From Camelus ferus (taxonomy: Eukaryota): a stretch of DNA of 64,000 nt. The notes below the pieces were generated by a model. The model was not told the DNA's origin. It worked only from the letters and a program-made list of their open reading frames with translations, and did no database searches. Every line of letters starts with the position of its first letter. Within the stretch, counting starts at the first letter, position 1. The stretch is from NCBI RefSeq assembly GCF_009834535.1, contig NC_045716.1, forward strand, positions 25,730,001-25,794,000, given 5' to 3'. A program made the translations under genes and the position numbers. This document shows, piece after piece, positions 45,701 through 58,967 of this stretch.

Positions 45701-46679
45701 TGGGTGAGATGAATCTGTGATCTGTCACAGAACTTAGATTCTATGCTTCATTGTTTGGAGGAATTAAGGCCACTATTCACATCCCCCTGGGAGTGAACAT
45801 TGGGAGACAGCGCCATTCCCAGCCCGTAATGGAAATAATAACTTAGCAAAAGAAATTAAGAGGTATAGGAGACCTTTCAACAGGGTGTTAAAAAAAGGAG
45901 ATGAAGTATGTTGTTGGCAGGGAAGTGTTTAATTCTAACATTTTTATTCCTTGACAAAGCAGACACAAGCAGAAACAGGCACAGTTCACTATATAATCAC
46001 TTCCTTATTACCACGAGTGCTGCCAAACACTGGTTTGTTCATTTATTTCTCTCAATTCCTCAGAAGCCAAGACTTTGCCTTTCAGCCTCAGTATCCCCGG
46101 TCCACAGGTCTCTGGGAAAGCATCCCCAGACCCTCTGCCATCCCTGAATAGGAATTCCAAGGAGCGTGGCTCCTGGTTCTTCACTCCCTTCCCGCAGGTT
46201 CTGGTTCCGGACTGGATCCCTCGGTCCAGAGACAGGGCCGCCTGGTTCACACCGCATTTTCCACTAACCTCTGGGTCAACGCGATCTGGCGCCGCCGAGC
46301 TCCCCACGGCGGCCTCGCACGGCTCCTGCCTGCCGCCGGGGCGGAGGGGGAGCCCAAGGTCCTCCCACGCTGGAGCACGGCCCCCGAGAAGGGCCGGGTA
46401 GGAGGAAGAACGTGTGCCGCTCTACCCCAGCGTTTCGGTGGTTTCCGGGGACGCTCTCTCTCTCTTCTCGTTGGGAGGCTGGAAGACTGGCGAGGGGCTG
46501 TGTGAGGAGCCGGAGGGCGGGCGGGCGGACTCTCCTTCCTGCGCCTCTTTGGTGCCGGGAGGCGGGCCTCGGGGTCGCGGTCCGCGCCGCCGCCTCTCTG
46601 GGCCCGGCGGACTCACGTGACCCGCTCGGGCTCTGGAGCGGCCGGCCGGCCGCCCTGAGGAAGCGGCGGCGGCGGCAGG

Positions 46680-46715
46680 GGCGGCTGAGGCGGCTGAGGC
46701 GGCTGAGGCGGCTGA
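46680..46715 (+). repeat. (GGCGGCTGA)4 tandem repeat flanked by GGC triplets, upstream of the RNF115 ATG
   Basis: Four perfect 9-bp units, preceded by GCGGCGGCGGCGGC at 46663-46676. Confidence 0.9.
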
Positions 46716-46797
46716 GGCGGCGGCTGCAGCGGGGAGGGAGCGGCCTGGCGAGCGCCCGGCCGGCTGCCCCCTCGGACGGCGGCGGCGGAAGAGAAAA

Positions 46798-46893
46798 ATG
46801 GCGGAGGCCTCGGCGGCCGGAGCCGGGGCGGCGGTCCCCGCGCACCGGTTTTTCTGCCACTTTTGCAAGGGCGAGGTCAGCCCCAAACTACCG
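46798..46893 (+). CDS. RNF115: E3 ubiquitin ligase RNF115 (BCA2/Rabring7), coding exon 1 only; the rest lies beyond the window
   Basis: MAEASAAGAGAAVPAHRFFCHFCKGEVSPKLP followed by GTAAGA donor at 46894; first half of the BCA2 zinc finger (C-x2-C). I did not find exon 2 (EYICPRCESGFIEE) up to 64000. Confidence 0.95.
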
Positions 46894-49800
46894 GTAAGAG
46901 CCCCCGTGTCCTCTGCGCTCGGGCGCCGGCGTGGCTTCCTTGCCCCGCTGCCCCAGAACGGGTCTGCGGCTTCCCGCACAGCCCCGCTTCCCCTGACCTC
47001 GGTCGGCCAAGAACCTGCTGCCCGCGGTGTCCGGCCGCTGGCCCCGGAACTCCCGCCTTGCCTGTTTTCCCACTCGGTTGCTCCACCTGCCTCTCTCCCC
47101 TCTCTATCTGCCCCCTTCCTTTTTTTTGGTCTTCCTTAGCAAGTTCTCCTGTGACACCTCCGCTCATTTTCTTGCACCCTTCTTCACCTTGTCTCCTTCC
47201 CACGATGACCTCTCTTTCCCCCACTCGATACTCTTTCTGCTGTTGCTTCTCACCTTTCTCTATTTCCTTTTACACTTTTCACCAGATCCTCCCCCACCCC
47301 CCATCCTCATTGAAGCAAAATAGCGGATTGCGGAGGATTGTCCTTATTCGGTTGTCTCTAGGGAAGGAGGAAGAAAGCGTGCAGAGAGAGGGTTTGAAGG
47401 TACCCGGGGTGGAGAGGGAGATTTTGCTATTCAGGAGTTTCCAGGGTTCTTGTGAAAGTGAAAACAGCAGTGTACTAATGACTTGCAGACTGCCTGCGCT
47501 CCCTGTCACTCCTGAAGGAAATGGCTTTAGGAAGAAGGCAGAACAGATTGTTTCAACTTGGTTATTTTGGTTGTCATGCTGCCAGTGTCTTTAGCACCAC
47601 CTGCCTTACCCTCCCCCCACCCTCCTTCACTTAATAAAAAGATCTGGGACAGAATGCTAGGGACTGACGTAAAATTGATTTTCACTAGTTTCTGCCAGAC
47701 TGCGTTAGCCCCTAGAGAGGCAGTGCTATCTATGGCTGTGAAAAAAGTGCTTCTGCAGCAGGCTAGCCAGCTACAGCACCCCGAACTCAGAGGCTGCTTG
47801 GGGTTGAGTTATAGCCACTGCAGGGAGGCCCACGCAGGTGAATGTTAATCCTGCCTTTGGCCAACCATCTTTAGAACTAGTTATGGTTGTTCCTTTCCTT
47901 AGAAGTATCTGTGTTCAGCCTTAAGACAGGGTTCCTGTGTCACAACTTACCTCTCTGTTTATAGTGGCAATCTGTGGGAGAGCCTACTAAAGTGTGATCT
48001 GTATATCTTATTCCCTAGAGACACAAATGGAGTCCAGTGACAAGTGCCTAAAGGTTATTTTAGGCTTTTCACCTAAAAGTTGTGCTTTTCCAGCATTTTC
48101 TTTCGTCTCTTTTTGCCCCCAACTTCATAGTTCTAGTTTCATCTACATACTCTTTAAGTTTCGCTTGCTGGTTCGGCTCTGTGTGTGTGTGTGTCTGTGT
48201 GCTTTTTGCCATGCTTCAGGGCTGAGAAAAGCAGGTGCCTTGTTTTTTGCCAGCGGACATCAGAGCCTCCAGAACTCTCTCTTACCACAGAGTGGGAGTC
48301 TGGAATTCAGCCAGTATGTGTGTGACCAGTGACATGTTGAATGTGATGCCCTGTTGAACAGTGTGGCCTTAGATCTTCTGATCTTTAAGTTGCTGTTCAA
48401 TATTTGGCTTTAGGAGTGAGAAAACAGTCTAACCTTCCAGAACTTAATATATCTTTACTTTTTACCACCTTGAGCCCTCACTTCAAAATGCTCTTGAAAA
48501 GGGGTAATTTGAAAGACTTTCTAGGTATTTTTTCTAAGCCTGTTTGATGTCTGGAGGAGAAGTTACTGATCTTTTTAGTCTGATTTATTATCTGTCATGC
48601 CTGATTTGTAAATTGAGGCCCAACACAAATAAATATAACTGAATATTTCCTCCAGACACCCAAGGTTCTCAGCTGAATGTCCTAGAGGCGATACTGAGGA
48701 ATATGTGGTTCCCGTCCTTAAGCACCTTACAGTTTTGTTGGAAAAAGTCACAACTAAGGTGAAATGAGGACGGATAGTATATGCTTTAGAATTCAGAGAG
48801 AGGGAGGTATCACAGCTTGGTGATGTGAAGTTGGGGAAGAAGTGACAGATGAGATGGGATTAACATGATTTTTTTTTCTGATATAAAATGAGTTTTGAAG
48901 GATAGGTGGAATTCAGATTGAGGAGAATAGCATAGACTGAGGTAGGAAAGGAAGCGTGAGCCGAGGAAATGGGAGAAACATTTAGTAAATCACTGTTGCT
49001 GTGCATACTTAGAAGGTACAGTGAGGTCAGTGTAGTTTCGATCTGTAGGTGAGACAGTGAGTTTCATCTTGTTTCAAGGCCATCTCTACTTCCTTAACCC
49101 TAGACTGTCATCTTGAGATGTTGGTTGTAGGAGTGGCCAGGTTGGTAACTGGCTGGTTCAGTACAAATCTCTCTCTGCTGCTGAAAAACCAACTCAACAC
49201 TGGTTAGTCAGTAATATGATTTTCATGTATATTGGACAACATTGAAAAGCTTTTTTAAAAATAATATTTTATGTGAACTTGAGATTCCCTCACTATGAGT
49301 ACTCAGCATACATTAGGCATGCATTGTTTCTTCAGCTGGATCCGTGTTGCAGGAAACCTGGATGTCTTTCTGAGGATAGCCACACCTAGGCGATCTGGAA
49401 TAAAGTTTTTCTTTGTCTTGAGTCAAGTTGTACCTCAAGAGGCTGCTTACTCTCTTGCTGACTCCCTTACCCATAAGTGTTGTCCTCTCTGAACACCAGA
49501 GGCTGGTGCTAAGTTTTACAGCAGCTTCTAGTTAGCTATTGCTTGGCAGGTTTCTTCACCCGGTCAGTGGGAGGGACTGCTGCAGAGCTGGCTCATCTCT
49601 TGCCAGTTTATTTACCAAATCGAACCATAATTATGTTCCTTGGGACTAGGCTGCAAGGTTTTACAACTCTTATTTCTTCTCCTTTCCCCAGTCTCTAGGT
49701 TGTAGTATTTCATTTTACATTTGTAAGTGTGTGCAGGCAATAGCCTACCTAGTGTTCATCCCGAAAGCTGCCCTTAGATGTTTGTCTATTGGTTTTCTTG

Positions 49801-51842
49801 TCAGCCTAACTAAGAAAGATTCACAGACCCAGCTAGCTTTAATGTCTGTATTAAAAAAATAATTTTGGTTATAACTTTTGAGAGAGATTGGAGTATGTCT
49901 AATGCTATGTAGGTTAAGACACATTCGGCTGAATTAATTTGATTTGATGAAATAACACTCCTTACGGCTAATCCTGATCTGTCCACCTTAGCTTTGTGTG
50001 TTTTTGATTTCAATCCTCCCAGATAGGAAGATAAAAGTTTTTTTTTTTTTTTTAAAGAAGAAACTAAGAGATGAGGGGAAATAGTGGAGGGAATTTTAGA
50101 ATAAAAATATATTCAGTGATACTGTTATCATTAGGCTTCAAAAAGAGTCTGCATTTTAGAAGTGAATATTGACTTAGGAATTTCTTCTTATTAAGAGTGT
50201 TTTCCTATTTATAGTGAAAATAATTTTCGTAAAATTTAGGAAGTGTTAAACTTGGATTTTAAAATAAGAGATTTTGATTATATGGTCTGAAACTGTAGGA
50301 TTTCAAGTTTATATATAATTAGGTAAAATAGCATTGTATATTTTTTGGTCACCAGATGACAGAAGAAATACATAAGTAACTTAAAACTGTTTTCAAAACA
50401 CAGCAGAAGCTTCTGCCTCACCTGACTATCCTGTTGAGAGCTGCTGTGAAGCCGAGACTGGTGGAGTTACTGTGCTACACTGAGGGGTGACTGGGTTGTG
50501 CCCTGGAGGGCCATGTCGTGGAATGTAAAGGTGTCTTTCCATTGCCACACCACCCTCCCTGACTTTTAAATCAAGGTCAGGGAATATTACCTTAAGAGAT
50601 TAAATTCAGTAGTCATTAAACACGTGAGATAAATCACATGCAGAATAAACTACTTTTGGTATTGATGAAATTAGGGTGGTTCTTAAGTGTTTTAGGGAGA
50701 TCAGAGTATCCAAATCCAGACAGGAGAGTAGTCTAATTAAGGGCTGCCAGTGTATTGCTCACCTCTGAGGCTCTGCCTGAAGGAAGTAAGCAGGCTTCTC
50801 TCCCTCTTAGGTCTCCTTATTGTATCACCTTTGATCTAATAAGATGTCATCCTCATCAGTAAGAAATGTTACCCAGTTTGGGTCTTCATCAGATGCTGTA
50901 TAAGTCATTGTCATTGTGCTGTACTTGTAATGACTCTGATACAGGAAGACTTTCTAACCATCCTCTGAGAGTAGCTAAAAAGTAGATTTCTTAAAGACTG
51001 TGACTCCTAAAACTCTTAAGCTCACTGACTTTGCTTTTTAAAGTTGCATAATTTTTTAGAAGATCCCAGAGCCATGTCTAAGTAATTTTAGTAGTTTTGT
51101 TGAATTGGGGGAAGGAATTTAGTGATTTGAGCCGGGTTTTAAAGGTTTTACTTACTAGATTTCTTAAATTCTGTTGTTGGTGACTTAACTAAAAGGTCCG
51201 CTTGATTATATAGCATCTTTTTGATGTTATATAGCAGTAATTTATTGACTTTCTTGAATGATACCATGAATTCAATACCCTTTAGTTTTACTTAAAAAGT
51301 AGTGGCTTTAGTGGTATGAGATCTTTATCTAAAAGGCTTCAGTGGTACAAAATGCAGGTGCTACCATGTTTGAACATAGAGTGTCAGTAATGTATTTCCT
51401 GCAAGGATCCAGAAGTAAGAAATATGTATTCTTATATGTGTAGAAGCTAGTTCTGGTCTTGAAATTCTACTGATAAATAGACATGTATGTCTTGGGGAAA
51501 TCTATGGGATTTTTTTTTTTTTTCAGTATGAGGAAGAGTAAAAATCTTAAACTCACTGCAGATGAAATTCCTTGTATTTTGTGGGGGGAAGTACCAGCTG
51601 GTTGCTTACACTTTGTGTTTCTTTATGTTTACTTGGTTTTTTATGACCTTTACTTATGTTCAGGGAGAGGATGCTAAGGTCTCTCAGATAGCCATTTTAT
51701 TAGAAGAGAAAAGAAGATGTGGATTGTTTCTTATTCTCTGTAGTCAAATTAGAAGGGGTCTGAGATTAAGAATCCTGTGGATGCGAACTTCTTTTCATCT
51801 CTCCACAGCTTAATATTGAGCAATAAAGGAGATAGTATAGAG

Positions 51843-52065
51843 CAGTGGTTCTCAACTGGGAGCAGTTTTGCTTCTTAGGAGGACATTTGGCAGTCTGTAG
51901 GCATTTCTGATGGTCACGACGAGGGGGAAGGGAAGAGCTGTTTCTGGCATCTGGTGGATAGAGGCCAGGGATGCTTTTTAGACCTGCTACTGTGGACAGA
52001 GCAGCTGCCCACAGCAAATAGTTATTGGGCCTAAAATGTCTAGAGTGCTGAGGTTCAGGAACCTG
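51843..52065 (+). mobile_element. MER20 (hAT-Charlie MITE)
   Basis: Starts CAGTGGTTCTCAAC, contains 'ggacatttggcag..ctggcatctggtggatagaggccagggatgct..aaaatgtctagagtgctgaggtt', ends GAACCTG; matches the recalled MER20 consensus and terminal inverted repeats. Confidence 0.85.
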
Positions 52066-52877
52066 GTGTGGAAAGATAAAGGGATAGTCATTGTCTTCTT
52101 GTGTCAGTGGTGCTTCAGGTTTTGTTCTGGTGTAGCTTTGATTTCTAATTTTGGGATCCTTTTGAGAATTTTCAGTAAGATAATTGAGAGCATATAATTT
52201 TAGCCAAACTCCTAATGGGAGGACTGAAGGGATTCTTCCGAATAGTGGTTACGTGGCTGCTGTTCCATTACAGCAGTGTCTGCTGGGGTCACTTTCCCTC
52301 CCTGTGGTTGCTGAGACCAGAGGAATTGGATTACTCCTCTCACGTTTCACACTGTGGGGCAACTTCTAAAAGTGTCCAAATTTTTTTGTCAGTTGGGAAT
52401 TGATTGAGGTAGTAACACCACATGTAACTTGGTAAGACATCTGGAAATTCTAGTTTGAAAACAAAGTAGAAAGCAGACAAGTCTAACTTTTAGTTTTTCT
52501 TTAGCTCATCTTAGCATTAATCAAGTTTTACTTTCTGTGTTTCTCTTATAGCTCTTGACAGTTTTCATGAGTTTAGGAGATTTTGTGCTTACACTTTTAG
52601 TTTCTTCAAGCTCTTGGTCAAGTGGGTGAATTGAAGCTGTCAATCCGTATTCTAATACTGATTCTCCATGTTACTGGAGTTGACTCATCTGACCCTCTCA
52701 GTTTACCTTAGTGTATCCCACCATAAGATAATACTGAGGTGTGCCTGTCGGAAGCTTGAGTGAGCATTCAGAGCAACGGAACTGTGTAATCTTTGATTGA
52801 AAGGTGTAGGAATGAGCAGTTCTTATTTGTAGAAAAATAAGGTCTTTATCATAGTAGAAACATTTTTGATAGTTCTT

Positions 52878-53269
52878 TTTTATTTTATATATATATTTTA
52901 TTGAGGTCTAGTCAGTTTACAATGTTGTGTCAATTTCTGGTGTACAGCATAATGCTTCAATCATACATGAGCATACATATATTCATTTTCATATCCTTTT
53001 CCACCATGTTACTACAAGATATTGAATATAGTTCCCTGTGCTATATGGTATAACCTTGTTGTTTATCTATTTTATATATATTAGTTAGTATCTGCAAATC
53101 TCGAACCCCCTGTTTATCCCTCCCCACTCCCTAACCCCTCTGGTAACCATAAGTTTGTTTTCTATGTCGTGAGTCTGTTTCTGTTTTGTAAATAAGTTCA
53201 TTTGTGTCTTTTCTTTAGATTCCACATGTAAGTGACATCATGTGGTATTTTTCTTTCTCTTTCTGGCTA
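52878..53269 (-). mobile_element. 5'-truncated lineage-specific L1 with 10-bp TSD
   Basis: Antisense L1 3'UTR ('ttttattgaggtctagtcagtttacaatgttgtgtcaatttctggtgtacagc..ggtaaccataagtttgttttctatgtc..ttccacatgtaagtgacatcatgtggtatt'); GATAGTTCTT at 52868-52877 and 53270-53279. Confidence 0.88.
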
Positions 53270-54344
53270 GATAGTTCTTAAAGTTTCACATACAGAAGTT
53301 CGGGTTAGATTCTGAAAGATTTTTTAAAAATCTTTTTTCAAGTTCAGTTGTTAGTTCAAAATTCCTTAGAGGTCTCCAGATGTGCATGTAACAAATAGAA
53401 GTGGCTCTGATGATTTTAAATGCTTTTCTTCTATTGTCCAGACTTTTTTCCCAAAATAAGCCAGTTTTGTTTTCCTTGAAAATCTGTTAAGGTAGGTAAT
53501 CTTTCTCCTTGACGATTTCAACAAGTGTCACTAAATTCTTAGTAGACAAGGTATCCTATGTTTATATCCTTGCCACTCCCTTTGATGCTATGCAGATTGG
53601 AATAGACTTTAAACCTAGAGGACCATCTTCCAATAAAGCTTTCACTATATTTACTTTTCAGCATGCTTAAAACTTACATTTTCAAAAGAAAGAAAAAAAA
53701 AATCCTGTAGTTAATCCTGTTCTTTCCCGTCTTTTTTGGGTTGACTGAGACCTGCGGGTACCTGTGGGTATCCTACAATGATGCTGACCTTCTAGTCCAG
53801 TGGGTCTCATACCTGTCAGACCCAGTGCCCTCTTTTTATAATAAACATTTTGAAATACCTAAGAATTTCATTTCATTAAAGATAGTAACACAAGTTTTGT
53901 ACACATACGTTAAAAAAAAAACCCTAAGTAATTCTCTAGCTTTAAGATAAAAGGATAAATAAAAAGAAAATAACTCATGACAAAATAATATACATTTCAA
54001 TGTGTAAATGCTCAGTTGTTCATAACAGAAAGATATATATAATGTAGTAGAGATTGGCACAAAACATAGGCGTAACAGCTACCCAAGTAGACTGGTATAA
54101 GGGTATTTGTGATTTAAATACCATGAGAGGCAAGCCACCAGAATGGTGAACAAATAAAGTATATTTGGTAAAGGTACAAATATAACATAATTTTCTCTTG
54201 CTTTATTCAGTGGTTGTTTTTCTGGACAATAGTGCATATTAAAATTATGCAGAAAGATGTGACTTTTTATATAGAATGGAGTTAGGTCCTAAGCTCTGAT
54301 AATTATGAAGATTTTTTTTTTTATCTACTTACCTATCCATACGA

Positions 54345-54512
54345 AGTTTAAGAATAGGAACATTTCTTTGTGCTAGAGTTTCCTATGCTTTTATGGACAC
54401 TGCCCATTAAATGTTAGTAGCATTTCTTAATGGCTGTGACAACCAAAACACTTCAGTAGATGTCCAAAATGTCCTGTAGATGATTGTATTGTCCTCATTG
54501 AGAATGACTTCT
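54345..54512 (-). mobile_element. Degenerate MER20-like hAT MITE
   Basis: 'ggctgtgacaaccaaaacacttcagtagatgtccaaaatgtcctg..cctcattgagaatgact' resembles the reverse complement of the MER20 5' half. Confidence 0.5.
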
Positions 54513-57500
54513 ACTCATACAGGAAAACATTTTCCTGTTTTATCATTCACTTTTCTTTACTCTTGCTTATTATTTACTACTTTAGCACAGAGCTTTTCAC
54601 ATATGGCAAGATTCAGTCTTTGTCCTTCAGATTTGATTTACTCTTCCTTTAGACAGTTCCTCCTATATGCTCTACATTTCTCATTTCCTCACCACCCTTA
54701 CTTATCATTTGTAGCTGAATTTGTTGAGTGGAACTTAGCTGCTTCTAGTGAATCTCCTGTAATTTAAAAGGTACTTTGTTCTCAAATAAACTTACTAAGC
54801 TGTTGAGTCATTGATTTTATTTTATAGAGCCAGTTATTAGGTTCTGATCTTGTAATACGGTCATTGCTGAATGTTTAGAGGCATTAGTGTTCCTAGCTAA
54901 GACAAGTTAGGTTGAGGAATGGAAATTTTGTACCTTAAGCCTATTGATTTGAAAAAAAATTACTGTTATTTTGATTACTGATATAGTGTGAAAACTGTTT
55001 GCAACGGTATGCTTACTTTTTGTTTAATAACATGTAAAAGGCAAATTAGCTTTCACTGCTATTCTTAATTTGCATGTTTTAGTTTAAAAAAGTGGTTGGA
55101 AGTAATATTAACAAGTAAGAATCCTGAAAGTGTTTAATTCCCTAAATTTTTCGGCGTTATTTTACTAATCACAAAAATTGTTGGTTTATTATTCTGTACC
55201 AAGTGTAGGTGCTGATTCAATTAGGGAGACTTGTTTTACTATTATACTAGCATTTTTACTTATTTACTTATTTTTAGAAGTGGAAAATTTTATTCGAGCC
55301 AAGTTGAGGATTATGATCTGGAACAGCTTCTCTGAAAGCTCTGAGAACTGTTCCCCACTAGCAGCATTCTGTTTTAATGTACAGTAAGTATTAGCTGAGC
55401 AGATTCAAGAGTTCCCAAGGGTTTTAATAAGGTTAGCAGTGTAACATAGGTCTAGCTTATCCTGCAACTCTAGTGCTATAAAAGGGTTCCAGAAGTATGT
55501 CTGTTTTCTGTTCCTGAGTATAAATTAATTCTCTGAACTCAAGAAATATTAAGCAATTGTTCCCCTGGCTGTTAATCAGGAAGAAAATCAATTAAAACAA
55601 ACAAACCAAAAAAACCCCCATTAAGCCATAGTTTTACGGTTATAACAAAGATACCTATACAATTTAAATACTGTTTGGAGAGCTGTGATTCAGTTCCAGG
55701 CCTATAAAACTGCCATTATGATGGTCTCACTCCCTAAGAATAGTAACATTCACAATCTTCATCATTCTGTTCCTTCATTCCAGGCCCTGACTAAACACTG
55801 ACATTATCAGGGACTCCAAACAGGAATGTATACTCAACCAACCTTCTTTAGCTCATTGTGTGACAAGGCAGAAAATCAGGTCACAAGACAAAGTGTTACT
55901 TGATATAAGCTTGATCAGATGGACAAGAAGCCACATTTTCTAAGGAAAAAAAAAAAGACTACAAGAATTATCAGAGAAAAAGTCAATATATCCAGAAAAG
56001 ATTTAGTTATATATAGTGTTCTTTGCTTGCTTACACTAAAGGCAGCAGGAAGGGGCACAACCCAGTGGCATAGATATAAAATGGTAAATGATCCTGAAAG
56101 TTCTCCTTTAGAGCGCTCTGTTGTGTACATCATAGTTTGGGGGAAGTTTTTATCTTTTTACATAAACTGACGACATTCATTCATTCAGCATATATATATA
56201 TTCTAAACTCTACATTCTAAGCGTTGTGCAGAAATAAAAGCATGCTTGATGGGGAAAGAAAAATAACATGGGATTAAAAGTCACTGAAATCATGTACAAA
56301 GTGTATGTTCTAATAAAATCACACTTAGGGAAGTAAGGCACTTAAAGCAAACTTCTCTAAGTATCCTAATCTTTAGTACTTAACCTCAAAATAAGAACTG
56401 AATGTGTGAGACTTCTTGTTTTCCCGAAGGAGAATTAGGGGAGACAAGTAAATGAGGACAGCATTTGTGCTCTAGTTTTACCGACGGAGAAACAGGTCTT
56501 CCCAAAGACCACGAAAGTAATGGTGGAATTGGGAACAGAACTCAGAAATTCTCTTTTCTCTTTCTTTTGGAGTTCATTTGATGTTTTTGAAAAGGGGGAA
56601 AGTGTAACCTGGCTTGAAAAGGGATAATAGGGGAATATGTGAAAAGTCCCAAGAAAAAAGTGGTATCTTTGATGTTAGAGATGTGAGTTGGTATGAAATT
56701 CAGGGTGTGGTGTGTTCTAGCCTAGGAGCTATGATGTGTTTCAAACAGTTTGTGTTCATAATCCTTCTAATTAGGAGTTTCTGAACCGTTTTGCCTCTGA
56801 TACTCAAAAAGAATGTGAACAATAGGACGTGACTGACTTAATATTGTGATCTTAGATTTTTGACTCTGTCAAACGACATAGAAAGTAGGCTTCTATTTTA
56901 GATTAGATTTCGACGTTGATAGTGAAGAAGAGCAAAGCTGCGGAATTAGGAAATAAATAGTAGGTCTTTATATGATATTTCATATTCTGAATAAATATTG
57001 GATACAAATTCACTTAAAGTTCATGGGTATGTAGATTTCACAGTGTGGGACTTTATTATAAATAGTTCCTGGCTTGTAGGTCATTGTTCTACCAAGACTT
57101 CATATTTTGTGATAATTAACCCCTTGAAATATAAGAAGGAAAACAAAATGCATTAAAACTATCTTTTCCCTTTCTCTTTTGTATTCCAACTGCTTTATGT
57201 CCTCCTGTACCGTTCTTCTACCTGGGTAAGCGGCAGGACTAAGCTGTACTTAGGGAGTTGTCTCTGATTCAGACTGTTAATAGTGAAAAATGTTTCTCCT
57301 TGTGGGTATTTTTAGATGAAACAGGCAGTAGAACATCTGAAACAGTTTATTCAAGTATACCTGCTACTGAGTATCTTCACTAGAGTTGTATACAATAAAC
57401 ATTTCAGACGTTATGGGAAGGCAGCTTAGTTTCATGGAAACAACTGGGTCCCTGTTTCAGTGGTTCTGGGTAAGTAACTTAGGCTTGTTATGGTTCTCTT

Positions 57501-58171
57501 TTATAGATAGGGTGATAGAAATGACCTAATGAAATTTTTTTTGTAAGACTTAGTGACTGTAGGGACTGTATACATTGACAATATTTGGGGGGAGGGATGG
57601 GTGTAAAGTTTGATGGATTAATATTTAAGCAGAGAGAGATATCCATAGTGCCAGACATGTAACAGACACCTAATTCATATTTCCTTGGTTTTGCACCACC
57701 TGCCCCCTGCCCCAAATCAGGTAGATTTACTTACTGAGAAAGACTGTGCTGAATAGTAAAAAGTATATGGGTCAGTTGATAACTCTTTCACTGCAATTAA
57801 TTTGGCATTCTAAGTTTTATATATACGGCCTCTGAATTTGGTTTTATGTGAATCTTCCTCTAAGAGACAGTCCTTCTCTAGGTGCTAAGTTAGATTTCTG
57901 AGCTTGTAAGAGTGAAGGTCTCGGACTCTGGACTGTGTTCATCAGGGTCACGCTCCCCTGTAAGAGAGGGAGACGGCTGAATGGCTGCTGGATTTTCCGA
58001 GGCCTCATTTGGCCTTACCATAAACTTTTCCATTCAGTCCTCAGCAAATTACAGTTCTGTTCCTTTGTCTAAAAGGATAATTATTTTCAATCAACATAGT
58101 GTAACGAAAAGAATATACAGTTGTGAATTCAAGAAAGACCAAAATTCAAATCTCTTTTTCATCCCTTGGGC

Positions 58172-58580
58172 AATGTTCTGGTTTTCTGTTACTGCCTTAA
58201 AAAATCACCTCAAAATTTAGTGGCTTAAAACAATACTTTATTATTTTTCATGTTTCTGTGGGTTTGCAGAGTTCAGCCTGGCACTTCTCACTTGGGATCA
58301 TGCGTTTACGTTCAGACACATGGAGATGGAACCATCTGAAGGCTCTGTTGGGATGGACCTTCAAGATAGTTTTTCCCTCTTACAGTGCAGCCCTTGTCTG
58401 ATGTCTCAGTGCTCCGCTGCGTAGTCTCTGCCCAGCAGAATAGCCTAGACTTTTGTGGTTGCTCAGGCTCTAAGAGTCATTAAGCAGAAGCCGTTATGAA
58501 GTTAAGGGCTTTGTCTGGAATTGACCCAGTATTTTACAGGTAAAGAAATTACAGCCCCCCCGCCCCCGATTCAAAGAGGG
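58172..58580 (-). mobile_element. MLT1 (ERVL-MaLR) solo LTR (approximate bounds)
   Basis: 'tgttctggttttctgttactgccttaaaaaatcacctcaaaatttagtggcttaaaacaatac..tcatgtttctgtgggtttg..ccatctgaaggctc' is a typical antisense MLT1 end. Confidence 0.65.
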
Positions 58581-58967
58581 TGGAGTGGAGAGCAGAAGAG
58601 CACATGGGTTGGGAGATTTTGTTGTGGCCATCTTTGGAAAATCAAATCTGCCGCAGGCAACTTCTTACTTAAAACTTGCTTCACACTCTTATCTATGAAA
58701 TAAAAGCAACAATTTTCACCTTACAGAGTGGTTAAGAGGAATAGCAACAGTGTCAGGCACGTCATAGGTGCTTCATAAATCTAAGTACCCCTTCCCCGTA
58801 ATTTTCTAATGTAATAGATGATTTCTAATCTACTTTTAATTTGGATCACAGTTCAGTGCATAGTTTGGTTAACATTCTCCTGACCTGTGTTTCTCAGACT
58901 GATGTAACTTAAAACAAAAAAACTTCTTCATGGAAAATTTCAAACATGTCGAAAGTAGAGAGAATAG

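Larger units (their letters stand above)
46240..47060. promoter_or_regulatory. Bidirectional CpG-island promoter shared by POLR3C (-) and RNF115 (+)
   Basis: Head-to-head genes: POLR3C non-coding exon 1 donor at 46269 and RNF115 ATG at 46798; very high CpG density; E-box TCACGTGACC at 46613-46622. Confidence 0.9.

Noticed and set aside
46276-47594. Several 110-243-aa ORFs across the POLR3C/RNF115 CpG island
   Set aside because: Expected from stop-codon scarcity in GC-rich DNA and from the 9-mer repeat; only 46798-46893 matches a real protein.
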